Source of the DNA: a virus
Taxonomy: Duplodnaviria > Caudoviricetes
Length of the DNA: 47,894 nt
Virus record (IMG/VR): IMGVR_UViG_3300030330_001725
Location: 1 to 47,894 of that record
Strand: one strand, 5' to 3'
This document shows positions 30,090-40,246 of the stretch, one piece after another; position 1 is the stretch's first letter; the number at the start of each line of letters is the position of its first letter. The notes beneath the pieces are model-generated. The model did not search any database. It had not been told where the DNA came from and worked only from the letters and a program-made list of their open reading frames with translations. Position numbers and translations under genes: made by a program.

Positions 30090-33000
30090 ATGAACAAAGA
30101 GCAAGTTAAGAAAGTTGTTAAAAAAATGATGGCAGCAGGTGAGTCTGATGCTAAAATAAAACGTTTTATTAAAAACTCTAAAAGTGCTTTTAAACAACTT
30201 ATATCAGATCTTCCAGAAAATCAACCTACAAATGCTTACACTCTAAACGTCAATTTTTTTGATTTAGAAAAGTATGGTCCAACAGCTACGGTAAATGTTG
30301 AAAAAGAAATAGAAGAATTAAAAAATCAAGGCGTAGAGGTAAGTGAGTTAGAACGGAATGAATTTTATTTAAAAGAAGTTCAAAAATTAAAAGAAGAAGC
30401 AAGACTGCAACTAAAAGTTGAAATAGAAAAACAAAGTAAAAAACTTAATTTAGAAGATAGATACGAAAACGGCAATATAAGTGAAGAAGAGTTTAACTTA
30501 GAGTCTCAAAAGCTAGATGAAATATACGACAACTCTAAAAATGATGGTGATTTATATTTTAATAATTTAAGAGTAAAAAACAAGTACAACAAAAATATAT
30601 CTGAAAAAGAAAGAGAAGTTATTTTTAATGATATACGACTTGACGAGGTGTTGTACAAAGATTACGATAAGTCTATTTCTTTACAAGAAGCAGAACAAAG
30701 ATTTGAAAAACTTTCTTTATCTGAAATGCTAGACACGGATTTTAGCGGAAGTGTAGATGAAGAAGAAAGAAAAATGGGTGAAGAAAGAAAATCTTACGAA
30801 AAAACTATTACTAATGAGTTTAATAGTTTTATTGAAAGTGAGCCAGAAATTCAATATGATGATTTTTATGAGGCACCTATAGAAGGAGAAGAATTAAAAA
30901 CTAGACTTGACACAAAAGATCTTAGTAATACTGTACGTAATATATTAGTACAAAAATACGCAAATCAAAACGGTTTAAGTTTTAAACAAGCTTCAGAAAT
31001 TTACCTTGAAGCGGGTGAAAGTGATTTTGAAGGAGAAGATCCGTTTGCAAAATATAGATCTGCAGATATAAAAGAATATTTATTAAACATCAAGGACACA
31101 GACTCTAATCTTTACGAAGAAATAAAAAAGTCTTATATAAGTAATACTACTAGTAGAAAATTTAGACAGAATTTATCTAAAAGAATAGGAGCAGAGCGTT
31201 ACCAAGAAGCTGGATTTTTTACTGATTCAGAAGATCGTTATGATGAACTTGCAGAAACTCGAAAAACAATAGAGGCGGGAAAAGAAGAGTTTGTAAGGCG
31301 AAATAAAAAAAATGAAAATATATCAAAAATTCTTGAAAAATCAAATAAGACTACTACTGATCTTAAAAAAGAGTTAGACAAAATGGAATTAGGTACCGTT
31401 ACTGTTAACGGAAAGGTTTTAAAAGATAAAGATGGAAATGATAGTAAAATTCCTAAAAGTAAAGAAGTACAAAGCCTTTTAGATGAAAATGAAAAACTAT
31501 TAAAAGGTAAATATAAAACACAAAAAGAAGTAGACGAGGCTCAACAAAAAGTAGATATTAACAACGCTAAGATTAATAAGATACTTTCTGATTATTCTAG
31601 CACTGTAAACGCTTATAATGCTAGTTTAGCTACTACTCAAGATTTATACTCTTTCCAAAGAAAAGCTGTTGAAAATCAACTTCGTATAGTAGACAATATA
31701 GATGATTATAATGCTATTTTTGAAATGCAAGACAAAACATATAGTGCTATAGGTGGTATTGCAGGGTCAGTATATACTGGTGTTGGTGCAGTATTATCCG
31801 GTGCTGATGAAATACTTGTAGGCGGTATACATGACGCGCTAGAGTCTTTTGGTCTTGTAGACGGTCCTTACCAACCTCATGCTGGTAGAAAATTATTAGA
31901 TCAAGCGAGAAATTACTTAAAAGATAAATATACACACCAAAGTTCTTATTATAACTATCAAGTAGGTGATTTTGGCTCTCCTAAAACAGAGCGTATTGGT
32001 AGAACCGCAGAAATAATAGGTAATATGACACCTATACTTGTTGCTACTTTTTATACTAGAGGGGCAGGTGCGTCAACAATGTTAGGTATGTCTCCTTATG
32101 TTGCAGGTGTAATAGGCACGCAGGCAATAGGTGGTGATTTAGAAAGAACTAGATTAGAAATGAAAAACAACCCTTTAGTTAAATACGAGGGTTGGCAAAG
32201 ATATACATCTGCTATTATACATGGTGCTACAGAAATCATATCGGAAAGATTACTTATTGGTCAAGTAGGTAAAGTTGCTGACGCAATGATGGTAGACGAG
32301 TTTGCTAAAAAAGGTATAGGTGGGTTTATTAGAAGTACTTTAAACATAGGTTCTAGAGCAGCGTTAGATGCAGTTCAAGAAGGTTTTGGTGAAGGTGTAA
32401 ATACTTATGCACAAAATTTTAGTGATAAATATTTATTAGGAAAAGACGTAGATTTATTAGAGGGTGTTGGACAATCTTTTATAGACGGTATATTAGTATC
32501 TGGAGCTATAAGTACACCGTTATTATTGAAAAACACTGTTAGTCATGTAATACCTAACAAAGTACAAGCTGAGTTATCAAAAGTTAGTAGCGAGTTGTTA
32601 GAGTTAGAAAATGAACTTTTAGATAACAGATTTAAAACAGTGGATGGTGTTAGACAGCAAAAGATAAAAAGGAGTTTAAGTCCACAGAGAGTATCTGAAA
32701 TAGAGTCTAGAATGAACGAGCTTGTAAATAAGCAAACAGAACTTTTTGAAACTCAAGTAAAAGGTAGTGTTGGTATGTCTACGCAAGACAAGCAAAGATT
32801 ATTAGATATTAGAGCTAATCAACACAAATTAAAATCAGAAGCAAACACTATAAATAACGAACAAAGTTACAGCAAAAAACAAAAAGAAAAAAAGCTTCAA
32901 GAATTAAAATATGAGTTTAGTAAATTAGAAAGAGAAAGAAACGATATATTAGAAGCTGACACTCGTACTGATGAAGAAAAAATAGCTGATTACGAAAAGT

Positions 33001-36000
33001 TCAAACTAAGTGTACAAAACAAAATAGTTAGTTATAGAGAAAGAAAAGATAAGGATCGAGACATAGAAATGATAGAGCTTGAAACTAAAGAAGACGTTGA
33101 GACTTATTTTAATGAGCAAAGCTTAGAAGAAAATTCTGAAATGCAAGCTGAAGTTGATGCCGCTAAGAGTCAGTTACGACAAAACAAAGATTTTCGTAGC
33201 AGTGATATACAGACTAGACAGCACTCTGAACTATCTCCAGAACGAAGAGCCCAGTTAGAAAATATAGTAAAACAAGGAGAAGCTATAATAAATGATAATA
33301 TACAGCAGTCTAAAGAAGATGCTAATCAGTTTGGTTTTATACACAGAAAACAAAACGGTGATCAAGTGTTTGTTATTAACAAAGAAACTAGTTTAGCTAA
33401 AGGCGGTAGAGTAACAACTGCTGCTCACGAATTTTTACATGCTACTTTGTTTCAAACAGTAGGTGGTGACTCTAAAATACAAATGGCTTTAGGAAGCGCT
33501 TTGAACCAATATATAGGTGATAAAAGAGGTACTGTTGGTATGGACAAGTTTGCTCAAAGAATGGAGCCTTATATATATAGAGATAAAAAAGGAAAATTAT
33601 TAGGTGTAGAACGAAATTATGGAGAAGAAATTATTACTGTAATGTCTGAGTCTATATTAGATGGTACTTTACAATTTAACGATGGGCTTTTTACTAAAAT
33701 AGGAGATGCGTTAAGAAGATTTTTTCAAAGAAGATTCCCTAATACATTAGGTAAAATAAAGTTTGACAGCGGTAGAGATGTATACAACTTTTTAAAAGAT
33801 TACAATGATAGTATAGAAAAAAATTACGTTAACAAAGCTATTGAAGATGTAATGGTTAGAGGTGCTGACGGTAAGTTAGTACAAGGCGTTAACCCTGTGC
33901 TTAAACAACAAGCTGGTTATACTTACTCAAGAGCTAACAAGCTAGATATGATGCTTAAAAAGTACGGTGATAAAAATACTTTAATACAAAAAGCTGTATC
34001 TCAAAACGAGCAAGGAGATTTAGTTGAAGACTTACAGCAGTCTGAATTAGGTCAAGCTATGGGTGGTATGATAGAAACTATAACTAGAAGACTTTACGAT
34101 GGTATACCTAAGTCAGAAGTAAATAAAATAGACCTTACTAGAAAAAAATACAAAGACGCTTTGCTAACTGAAGCCGTAGGAATAATAAGTAAAGAGTATG
34201 ATCCTGCTAAACAAGGTCTTGATAAATTTATAAGTAGTAGATTAAATCTTAGAGCTAATGATTTAGCAAAAGATCTAGGTGTTCCACAAGAGTTTACTAC
34301 AGAACTAGGTGCTGCTAAAGATGTAACGACACCAGAGGACAAAGTACAACAAGAAACTATTGATACTAAAAAGCTAGAAGACAGGTTGACTAGAATAGAT
34401 CCTGAACTTAAAAAAGAATTAGCTGTTATAAAAAACAACATTATAAAGAAAATAGAAGCTAATCCTAATTTGTATAAAAATAAAAACTACAAGTCTTTAA
34501 AAAATTTAGTTAGTAATGAAGTTCAAAGGATGTTTGGTATTTCACCTAAAGTAGGTAACCTAACTAAAGGTGATGTTAGAAATGCTCAAATGTTTATAAA
34601 CAAACATGCTGACGCTTTAGTTGCTATGTTGCCTCAAGGCTTTACTTCAGATCAAACTTCTACTGGCGTACAAAATGTTTTATTAAAAGAGTTTTACAAT
34701 AAAAAATCTGTAAGAGCTAAAACAGGGCCAGGACTACAAGTACAAGTTAAAAAACCTAATATAAATGTTAATAAATTTGTAAATGTTTTTGGTATAACAG
34801 AAAGAGGCAAACCTAATCTTTATAAAAAAGAAAGTAACACTAGCGCTAGAATAAAAGCTTTAGTAGAGCAAACAGGTAAAACTATAACTAATCAAACTAT
34901 TAGAGAGCATTTAGAAACAACTAACCAGCCTGTAGATTTAATAACAAGGCTAGGAGATGGTAAAAGTAAATATATGTTTTCAAAAGGTAAAGCTTTAAAT
35001 AATATATTACAAAAAGATGGCGCGTTAGGCGCGGCTGTAATAGAACGTTTATTTGATCTTACTAACAATGAAATACATTATTACGGTGGTAATATGACAG
35101 CTTTAACTAATGCTAAGTTAGCTGGTTTATTACCTCAAAAACAAATAGATAAAATAGCAGAAGACCTACAAGCTTTGTACGACTTAACAGTACCTAGTTA
35201 TTTAGAAACATCTAATTTATTTACATCACCTACACCGTTAGGTTCTTTTGTAATAGACAAATACTTACAACTAAACGTTGAAGGTAGAGAAGGTTACGCT
35301 AGTTTACTAGGTTTAACTGGTGAAAACTTCGTAGCATTAAAAGGAAATAAAACGGCTCAAGAGTCAGCTAGAGCATCTGTTAAATTGTTAGCTACTGAGT
35401 TAGATAGAATATATGGAGAAGGCTTTGCTTTAAGAGTTTTATTTAAAACTATATCTGCTCCTTCAAAAGTACAAGACGGAGAGTTTGTACCTATTAAACC
35501 TGGTGTAGTTAAGATGAAGAAAAATCCTAACTTTAATCCAAAAGAAAAAAATACAAATAGACTAGGATTAGCTACAAACACAGTAGACGCCGCGTTATTG
35601 TTAGGGGCAAAGCTAGACGCTAGTGGAAATCCTATAGGTTTACCAAAGTCTCCAAAAGGTACTAGCAATTACATGGATGGCGCCTTGAGTAGAATACCAG
35701 ACGCAAGTAAAAGACCTGGGTTTATAAAGCGTCAACAACAAAACAACCAAGACATAAGAAAAGTTATGGATGTTGTTAGAGATCTTTACCAAAACAAGTC
35801 TATAAATGGTAATCAAGTTGTTTCTTTAATGGCTAACTTTAATGCTAATCAATATGGTATTACAAGATCTTCTGCTATATTAGATTTTATTCCTGTAGAT
35901 GATATAAATTATTCAAACAATAAGTTAAGGCTAGAACACATGACACCTGCTTTAACTACAAACTTGTATGCTTTAAAATATATATTTGCAGACAATACAA

Positions 36001-39000
36001 CTTCTGAAGCAGCTAGAAAAGATTACAACGATATTATGGATAATTATCGTTTAGCTTACTTACCTGATGTGTATGACAAAATGGTAAACAAGTTTTATAA
36101 GTCAACTATGCCTTTTTATTGGACACCTGATGCTAGTGCTTTATTAAGATACTATAACGCTGAGATGGCTGGTACTTTTGATTTACAAATGAAACAATTG
36201 TCTACAGGAATAACTGTAGGGCCAGAGTTAGTTACAGACAAAAAATTAGCTAAGCAAGTTGAGAAAGGAAAACTAAATGCTATAAATAAGTTATTAAACA
36301 CAGCTTTAACACCAGCTGGTTTAGATAATGCAAATATAGATTTAAATGAAGGCGCTAGAATTGCAGGAGAAGTATATATGATGTCTAGAGCTATTAACGA
36401 GTCTACACCAAGTAGAGGTATGTCTGCTTTTGATTTTGATGAAACGTTAATAGACAAAGGTGAAAACATTATTAAAGCTAAAAAAGGTGATGATATTGTA
36501 GAAATTAGCTCTGCTAACTGGCCTATAGACGGGCCTAAATACGCTGAGCTAGGATATGAGTTTGACTTTAGTGATTTTATAAATGTTAAAGGTGGTGTAG
36601 CAGGACCTTTGATGACTAAGTTTAAAAATAGAATAAAAAAGTATGGTATTGAAAATAATTACATACTTACAGCTAGACCACAAGAATCCGCTACAGCTAT
36701 TAAAGCTTGGTTAAAAACACAAGGTATAGATATGCCTATAGAAAATATAACTGGTTTAGGTAATAGTACTGGTGAAGCTAAAGCTATGTGGATAGCTAAT
36801 AAATTTGCTGAAGGTTATAACGACATATACTTTGTAGACGATGCTTTACCTAATGTTAAAGCTGTTGCTGATGTTATTGATCAATTAGATATTAAAGGTA
36901 AATCTGTGCAAGCTAAATTTCAGTTTAGTAGAAGACTTAACCCAGAGCTAGATAATATAATAAAAACTACTAAACAACAAGGTTTAGATATAAATAGAAT
37001 AATAGAACAAACAGAAGGTGTTAAAGCTGAAGCTCGATATTCTAATGCGCAAGCAAAAATAAGAGGTAGTAGAAAAGACAGGTTTAGTATGTTTAAATTT
37101 TTTGTACCACCTTCTGCCGAGGACTTCAAAGGTTTAATATACAGATTACTTTCACCGGGTAAATTAGGAGAACAACAAATGGCATTTTTTAAGAAATCAT
37201 TGTTTGATCCTTTTGCTAAAGGATATACTTCTTTAAATAAAGCTAAACAAAACTTAGATGCTGGTTATAGAAATATATTAAACGCATTACCTAATGTAAA
37301 AAAATCTTTAAGTCAAACAGTTGGAGACACAAACTTTACTAACGACCAAGCTGTTAGAGTTTATTTATGGGATAAAAATAATATAGAGATACCTGGTTTA
37401 TCAAAAAGAGATCAACAAACCTTAGTTAATCATGTTAAAAATAATACTGATTTATTATCTTTTGCTCAATCATTAGAAGGTTTAGTTAACTTAGATACTG
37501 GTTACTTAATACCTAATGATTATTGGTTAGTAGAAAGTACTAGTAGCGACATACAAACTATAAACTCAGAAGTTAGTAGAGCAGATCACTTAGCAGAGTT
37601 TATAAACAATAGAAGAGAAATGTTTGGTGAGTGGAAGGGACAAAGTTTAGATGGACCTGTCATGAATAAGATTCAAGCTATATATGGTAACAATTTTAGA
37701 GACGCTTTAGAAGATATACTTTGGCGTATGGAGTTTGGAACTAAAAGAGAAAAAGGAACTAATAGATTAGTAAACAAGTTTAACAACTGGGCTAACCAGT
37801 CTGTTGGTGCTATTATGTTTTTTAATATGAGATCTGCTTTGTTACAAACTATATCAGCTATTAATTTTATTAATTGGTCTGATAACAACCCGTTAAAAGC
37901 AGCCGCGGCATTTGCTAATCAAAAACAATTTTGGAAAGACTTTGCTATGATATTTAATTCTGATATGTTAAAGCAAAGACGTGCCGGTAACCAAAGAGGT
38001 ATTAACGAAGCTGAGCTAGCTTCATCAATAGCAGGCGCTAAAAATAAAGCTAAAGCAGCTTTAAATTGGTTACTAACAAAAGGTTTCTTACCTACACAAA
38101 TAGCAGATAGTTTTGCTATTGCTAGTGGTGGCGCTACGTTTTATAGAAACAGAGTTAAAACTTATTTAAAACAAGGTTTGTCTCAAACAGAAGCAGAAGC
38201 ACAAGCATTTCAAGATTTTCAAGAAGTAACAGAAGAATCACAACAGTCTTCAAGACCAGATTTAATATCACAACAACAAGCTTCACCTCTTGGTAGATAT
38301 ATATTAGCTTTTAAAAATACACCTATGCAGTACGCTAGGCTTATGAAAAAAGCTGTATTAGATTTAGCTAATAATAGAGGTGATTTTAAAACTAACGTTA
38401 GTAAGATTATATATTATGGTATGGTTCAAAATTTAATATTTAATGGTTTACAAGCTGCGTTAGGCGCTTTAATAGGTGACGATGACGAAGAAAAAGATAC
38501 CGAAACACACAAGAGAATTATAAATGGTATGGTTGATTCTGTTCTTGGTGGACTAGGATTTGGTGGTAATATTATTATGACTGCAAAAAATTCTTTATTA
38601 GAATATTTAAAACAAAGAAAAAGAGGTTGGAACGCAGATCATACCTATACTATGTTAAAAATAATAGGTCTATCTCCTACAATAGGTAGTAAGTTAAGAA
38701 AAATATATTCAGGTATACAAACAGAGAAGTTTAACAACGAAGTAATAAATGAAATGAGTTACTTTGATATTGATAACCCTGCTTATGAAGCTATAGCTAA
38801 TGTTATTTCTGGTACTACTAATATACCGTTAGATAGACTTATTAAAAAAGTAAACAATGTTGACGCTGCTATTACAGAAGAAATATCTACAATAGAAAGA
38901 TTAGCGTTATTAATGGGTTGGAACACTTGGGATTTAGGTATTGAAGATCAAGACATAATAGCTGTTGAAGAAGAAATAAAAGAAAGAAAAGACAAAGAAA

Positions 39001-39287
39001 GACAAGAAAAAAATAAAAAGAAAAAAGCAGAAAAAGAACTGCAGAAAAAACAAGAGAACGAAACTAAAGAACAAGAAAACAAAGATAAAGATGATGGTCG
39101 TTGTATAGCTATAACTAGTAGTGGTGCTAGGTGTAAAAACGAAGCTATAGCAAATGGCTACTGTACTATACATGCTAAAGTAGAACAAGGCGAAAAAGAA
39201 GTACAGTGTTCTAAAATTAAATCTAATGGCGAAAGATGTAAAATGAAAACTAAAGCTAAAAGTGGCCTGTGTTTTTACCACGATTAA
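30090..39287 (+). CDS. Giant multidomain internal virion (polyvalent) protein with zincin, HAD phosphatase and CCCH-like domains
   Basis: 3065 aa; HEFLH at 33426-33440; DFDET/LTAR/FVDD at 36432-36842; two Cys3-His units at C-terminus. Confidence 0.75.
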   Translation: MNKEQVKKVVKKMMAAGESDAKIKRFIKNSKSAFKQLISDLPENQPTNAYTLNVNFFDLEKYGPTATVNVEKEIEELKNQGVEVSELERNEFYLKEVQKLKEEARLQLKVEIEKQSKKLNLEDRYENGNISEEEFNLESQKLDEIYDNSKNDGDLYFNNLRVKNKYNKNISEKEREVIFNDIRLDEVLYKDYDKSISLQEAEQRFEKLSLSEMLDTDFSGSVDEEERKMGEERKSYEKTITNEFNSFIESEPEIQYDDFYEAPIEGEELKTRLDTKDLSNTVRNILVQKYANQNGLSFKQASEIYLEAGESDFEGEDPFAKYRSADIKEYLLNIKDTDSNLYEEIKKSYISNTTSRKFRQNLSKRIGAERYQEAGFFTDSEDRYDELAETRKTIEAGKEEFVRRNKKNENISKILEKSNKTTTDLKKELDKMELGTVTVNGKVLKDKDGNDSKIPKSKEVQSLLDENEKLLKGKYKTQKEVDEAQQKVDINNAKINKILSDYSSTVNAYNASLATTQDLYSFQRKAVENQLRIVDNIDDYNAIFEMQDKTYSAIGGIAGSVYTGVGAVLSGADEILVGGIHDALESFGLVDGPYQPHAGRKLLDQARNYLKDKYTHQSSYYNYQVGDFGSPKTERIGRTAEIIGNMTPILVATFYTRGAGASTMLGMSPYVAGVIGTQAIGGDLERTRLEMKNNPLVKYEGWQRYTSAIIHGATEIISERLLIGQVGKVADAMMVDEFAKKGIGGFIRSTLNIGSRAALDAVQEGFGEGVNTYAQNFSDKYLLGKDVDLLEGVGQSFIDGILVSGAISTPLLLKNTVSHVIPNKVQAELSKVSSELLELENELLDNRFKTVDGVRQQKIKRSLSPQRVSEIESRMNELVNKQTELFETQVKGSVGMSTQDKQRLLDIRANQHKLKSEANTINNEQSYSKKQKEKKLQELKYEFSKLERERNDILEADTRTDEEKIADYEKFKLSVQNKIVSYRERKDKDRDIEMIELETKEDVETYFNEQSLEENSEMQAEVDAAKSQLRQNKDFRSSDIQTRQHSELSPERRAQLENIVKQGEAIINDNIQQSKEDANQFGFIHRKQNGDQVFVINKETSLAKGGRVTTAAHEFLHATLFQTVGGDSKIQMALGSALNQYIGDKRGTVGMDKFAQRMEPYIYRDKKGKLLGVERNYGEEIITVMSESILDGTLQFNDGLFTKIGDALRRFFQRRFPNTLGKIKFDSGRDVYNFLKDYNDSIEKNYVNKAIEDVMVRGADGKLVQGVNPVLKQQAGYTYSRANKLDMMLKKYGDKNTLIQKAVSQNEQGDLVEDLQQSELGQAMGGMIETITRRLYDGIPKSEVNKIDLTRKKYKDALLTEAVGIISKEYDPAKQGLDKFISSRLNLRANDLAKDLGVPQEFTTELGAAKDVTTPEDKVQQETIDTKKLEDRLTRIDPELKKELAVIKNNIIKKIEANPNLYKNKNYKSLKNLVSNEVQRMFGISPKVGNLTKGDVRNAQMFINKHADALVAMLPQGFTSDQTSTGVQNVLLKEFYNKKSVRAKTGPGLQVQVKKPNINVNKFVNVFGITERGKPNLYKKESNTSARIKALVEQTGKTITNQTIREHLETTNQPVDLITRLGDGKSKYMFSKGKALNNILQKDGALGAAVIERLFDLTNNEIHYYGGNMTALTNAKLAGLLPQKQIDKIAEDLQALYDLTVPSYLETSNLFTSPTPLGSFVIDKYLQLNVEGREGYASLLGLTGENFVALKGNKTAQESARASVKLLATELDRIYGEGFALRVLFKTISAPSKVQDGEFVPIKPGVVKMKKNPNFNPKEKNTNRLGLATNTVDAALLLGAKLDASGNPIGLPKSPKGTSNYMDGALSRIPDASKRPGFIKRQQQNNQDIRKVMDVVRDLYQNKSINGNQVVSLMANFNANQYGITRSSAILDFIPVDDINYSNNKLRLEHMTPALTTNLYALKYIFADNTTSEAARKDYNDIMDNYRLAYLPDVYDKMVNKFYKSTMPFYWTPDASALLRYYNAEMAGTFDLQMKQLSTGITVGPELVTDKKLAKQVEKGKLNAINKLLNTALTPAGLDNANIDLNEGARIAGEVYMMSRAINESTPSRGMSAFDFDETLIDKGENIIKAKKGDDIVEISSANWPIDGPKYAELGYEFDFSDFINVKGGVAGPLMTKFKNRIKKYGIENNYILTARPQESATAIKAWLKTQGIDMPIENITGLGNSTGEAKAMWIANKFAEGYNDIYFVDDALPNVKAVADVIDQLDIKGKSVQAKFQFSRRLNPELDNIIKTTKQQGLDINRIIEQTEGVKAEARYSNAQAKIRGSRKDRFSMFKFFVPPSAEDFKGLIYRLLSPGKLGEQQMAFFKKSLFDPFAKGYTSLNKAKQNLDAGYRNILNALPNVKKSLSQTVGDTNFTNDQAVRVYLWDKNNIEIPGLSKRDQQTLVNHVKNNTDLLSFAQSLEGLVNLDTGYLIPNDYWLVESTSSDIQTINSEVSRADHLAEFINNRREMFGEWKGQSLDGPVMNKIQAIYGNNFRDALEDILWRMEFGTKREKGTNRLVNKFNNWANQSVGAIMFFNMRSALLQTISAINFINWSDNNPLKAAAAFANQKQFWKDFAMIFNSDMLKQRRAGNQRGINEAELASSIAGAKNKAKAALNWLLTKGFLPTQIADSFAIASGGATFYRNRVKTYLKQGLSQTEAEAQAFQDFQEVTEESQQSSRPDLISQQQASPLGRYILAFKNTPMQYARLMKKAVLDLANNRGDFKTNVSKIIYYGMVQNLIFNGLQAALGALIGDDDEEKDTETHKRIINGMVDSVLGGLGFGGNIIMTAKNSLLEYLKQRKRGWNADHTYTMLKIIGLSPTIGSKLRKIYSGIQTEKFNNEVINEMSYFDIDNPAYEAIANVISGTTNIPLDRLIKKVNNVDAAITEEISTIERLALLMGWNTWDLGIEDQDIIAVEEEIKERKDKERQEKNKKKKAEKELQKKQENETKEQENKDKDDGRCIAITSSGARCKNEAIANGYCTIHAKVEQGEKEVQCSKIKSNGERCKMKTKAKSGLCFYHD

Positions 39288-39335
39288 AAATAGCGAAAAA
39301 CAAGTAATCTTATAAAAATAAAGTATACTAAAAAA

Positions 39336-39593
39336 ATGGCGTATAAAATGAAAAGCCCGTCACTATTAAAAATGGTTTCGGCACTAAAAAGAAAAACAGA
39401 ATTAATGGTTCCTACGGCAGGGCCTACAGACGGCCAAACAGCTGGAGATATTGAAACAAGTTACGAAGAAGCTTTAAGAGGTTTAACGCCAAGAGGCAGT
39501 GTTAGTGACGTTCTTAAAAGAAGAGAACAACAAAGAAAACGTGGTTACGACAAGCATGGTAAAAAAATTAAACCAACAAAAAACAAAAACTAG
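39336..39593 (+). CDS. Small basic protein, MAYKMKS leader family
   Basis: Starts MAYKMKSPSL..VSALKR. Confidence 0.75.
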   Translation: MAYKMKSPSLLKMVSALKRKTELMVPTAGPTDGQTAGDIETSYEEALRGLTPRGSVSDVLKRREQQRKRGYDKHGKKIKPTKNKN

Positions 39594-39595
39594 AG

Positions 39596-39874
39596 ATGGC
39601 AAAAGAATTAAATGAAGATACTAGCTTTCAGGTAAGCATTAAAACTTTAGGTGGTATAGCTGCTTTAATAGCTACGCTCGTAGGTATGTGGTTTACGTTA
39701 CAAGCTGACATTGCCGAAGCAAAAGAACTACCAGCGCCACCAGATCCTGAGGTTACACGTATGGAGTTTGATATGAAAGATCAAATGATTAGACAGACTA
39801 TCATGACTACACAAGACGACGTTAAAGAAATTAAAAAGTCTATTGAAAAAATAGAAGAAAAACTTTACGAATAA
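39596..39874 (+). CDS. Single-pass membrane protein with coiled-coil tail
   Basis: TLGGIAALIATLVGMWFTL TM segment, PAPPDP linker, heptad C-terminus. Confidence 0.75.
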   Translation: MAKELNEDTSFQVSIKTLGGIAALIATLVGMWFTLQADIAEAKELPAPPDPEVTRMEFDMKDQMIRQTIMTTQDDVKEIKKSIEKIEEKLYE

Positions 39875-40245
39875 TGGAAGAAACTAAAACACCTTGGAGC
39901 GTATACGTTATTTACATGCTAGTATTATTGTTTATGATGGTAGCAGGTACAGTTAAAAGCCAAAACATTTGTAAGACAGACGTGTGTGTAGTTGAGTTTA
40001 ATGCTGGTTGGAATAAAGCTAATAGTGTAGACTGGTTAGATAAGTTAAATGACTGTGGAGTTAAAAGAATAAATATAGACGAGGGCGATTGGCAGAAGAA
40101 ATACAATATAGTTGTTGTACCTACAATTATAATTTTTAATGGTGAAGAAGTAAAACGTTACCAAGCAGATCTTAGTTTTACTATGGCTGCCACAAGAAAA
40201 GAAGTACAAGAAGAAGTTGATGAACTAATAATGAGTGATTTTTAA
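39874..40245 (+). CDS. Exported thioredoxin-fold protein lacking CxxC
   Basis: Hydrophobic N-terminus; VVEFNAGWNKAN in place of F.A.WCxxC; YNIVVVPTIIIFNGEEVKR thioredoxin C-half. Confidence 0.7.
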   Translation: MEETKTPWSVYVIYMLVLLFMMVAGTVKSQNICKTDVCVVEFNAGWNKANSVDWLDKLNDCGVKRINIDEGDWQKKYNIVVVPTIIIFNGEEVKRYQADLSFTMAATRKEVQEEVDELIMSDF

Positions 40246-40246
40246 A

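Noticed and set aside
30090-39287. Virion RNA polymerase as in crAss-like or N4-like phages
   Set aside because: No DFDxD/DxDGD catalytic loop in a proper context: FDFDET is a HAD motif I, and YFDID lies in the helical C-terminus without the preceding D
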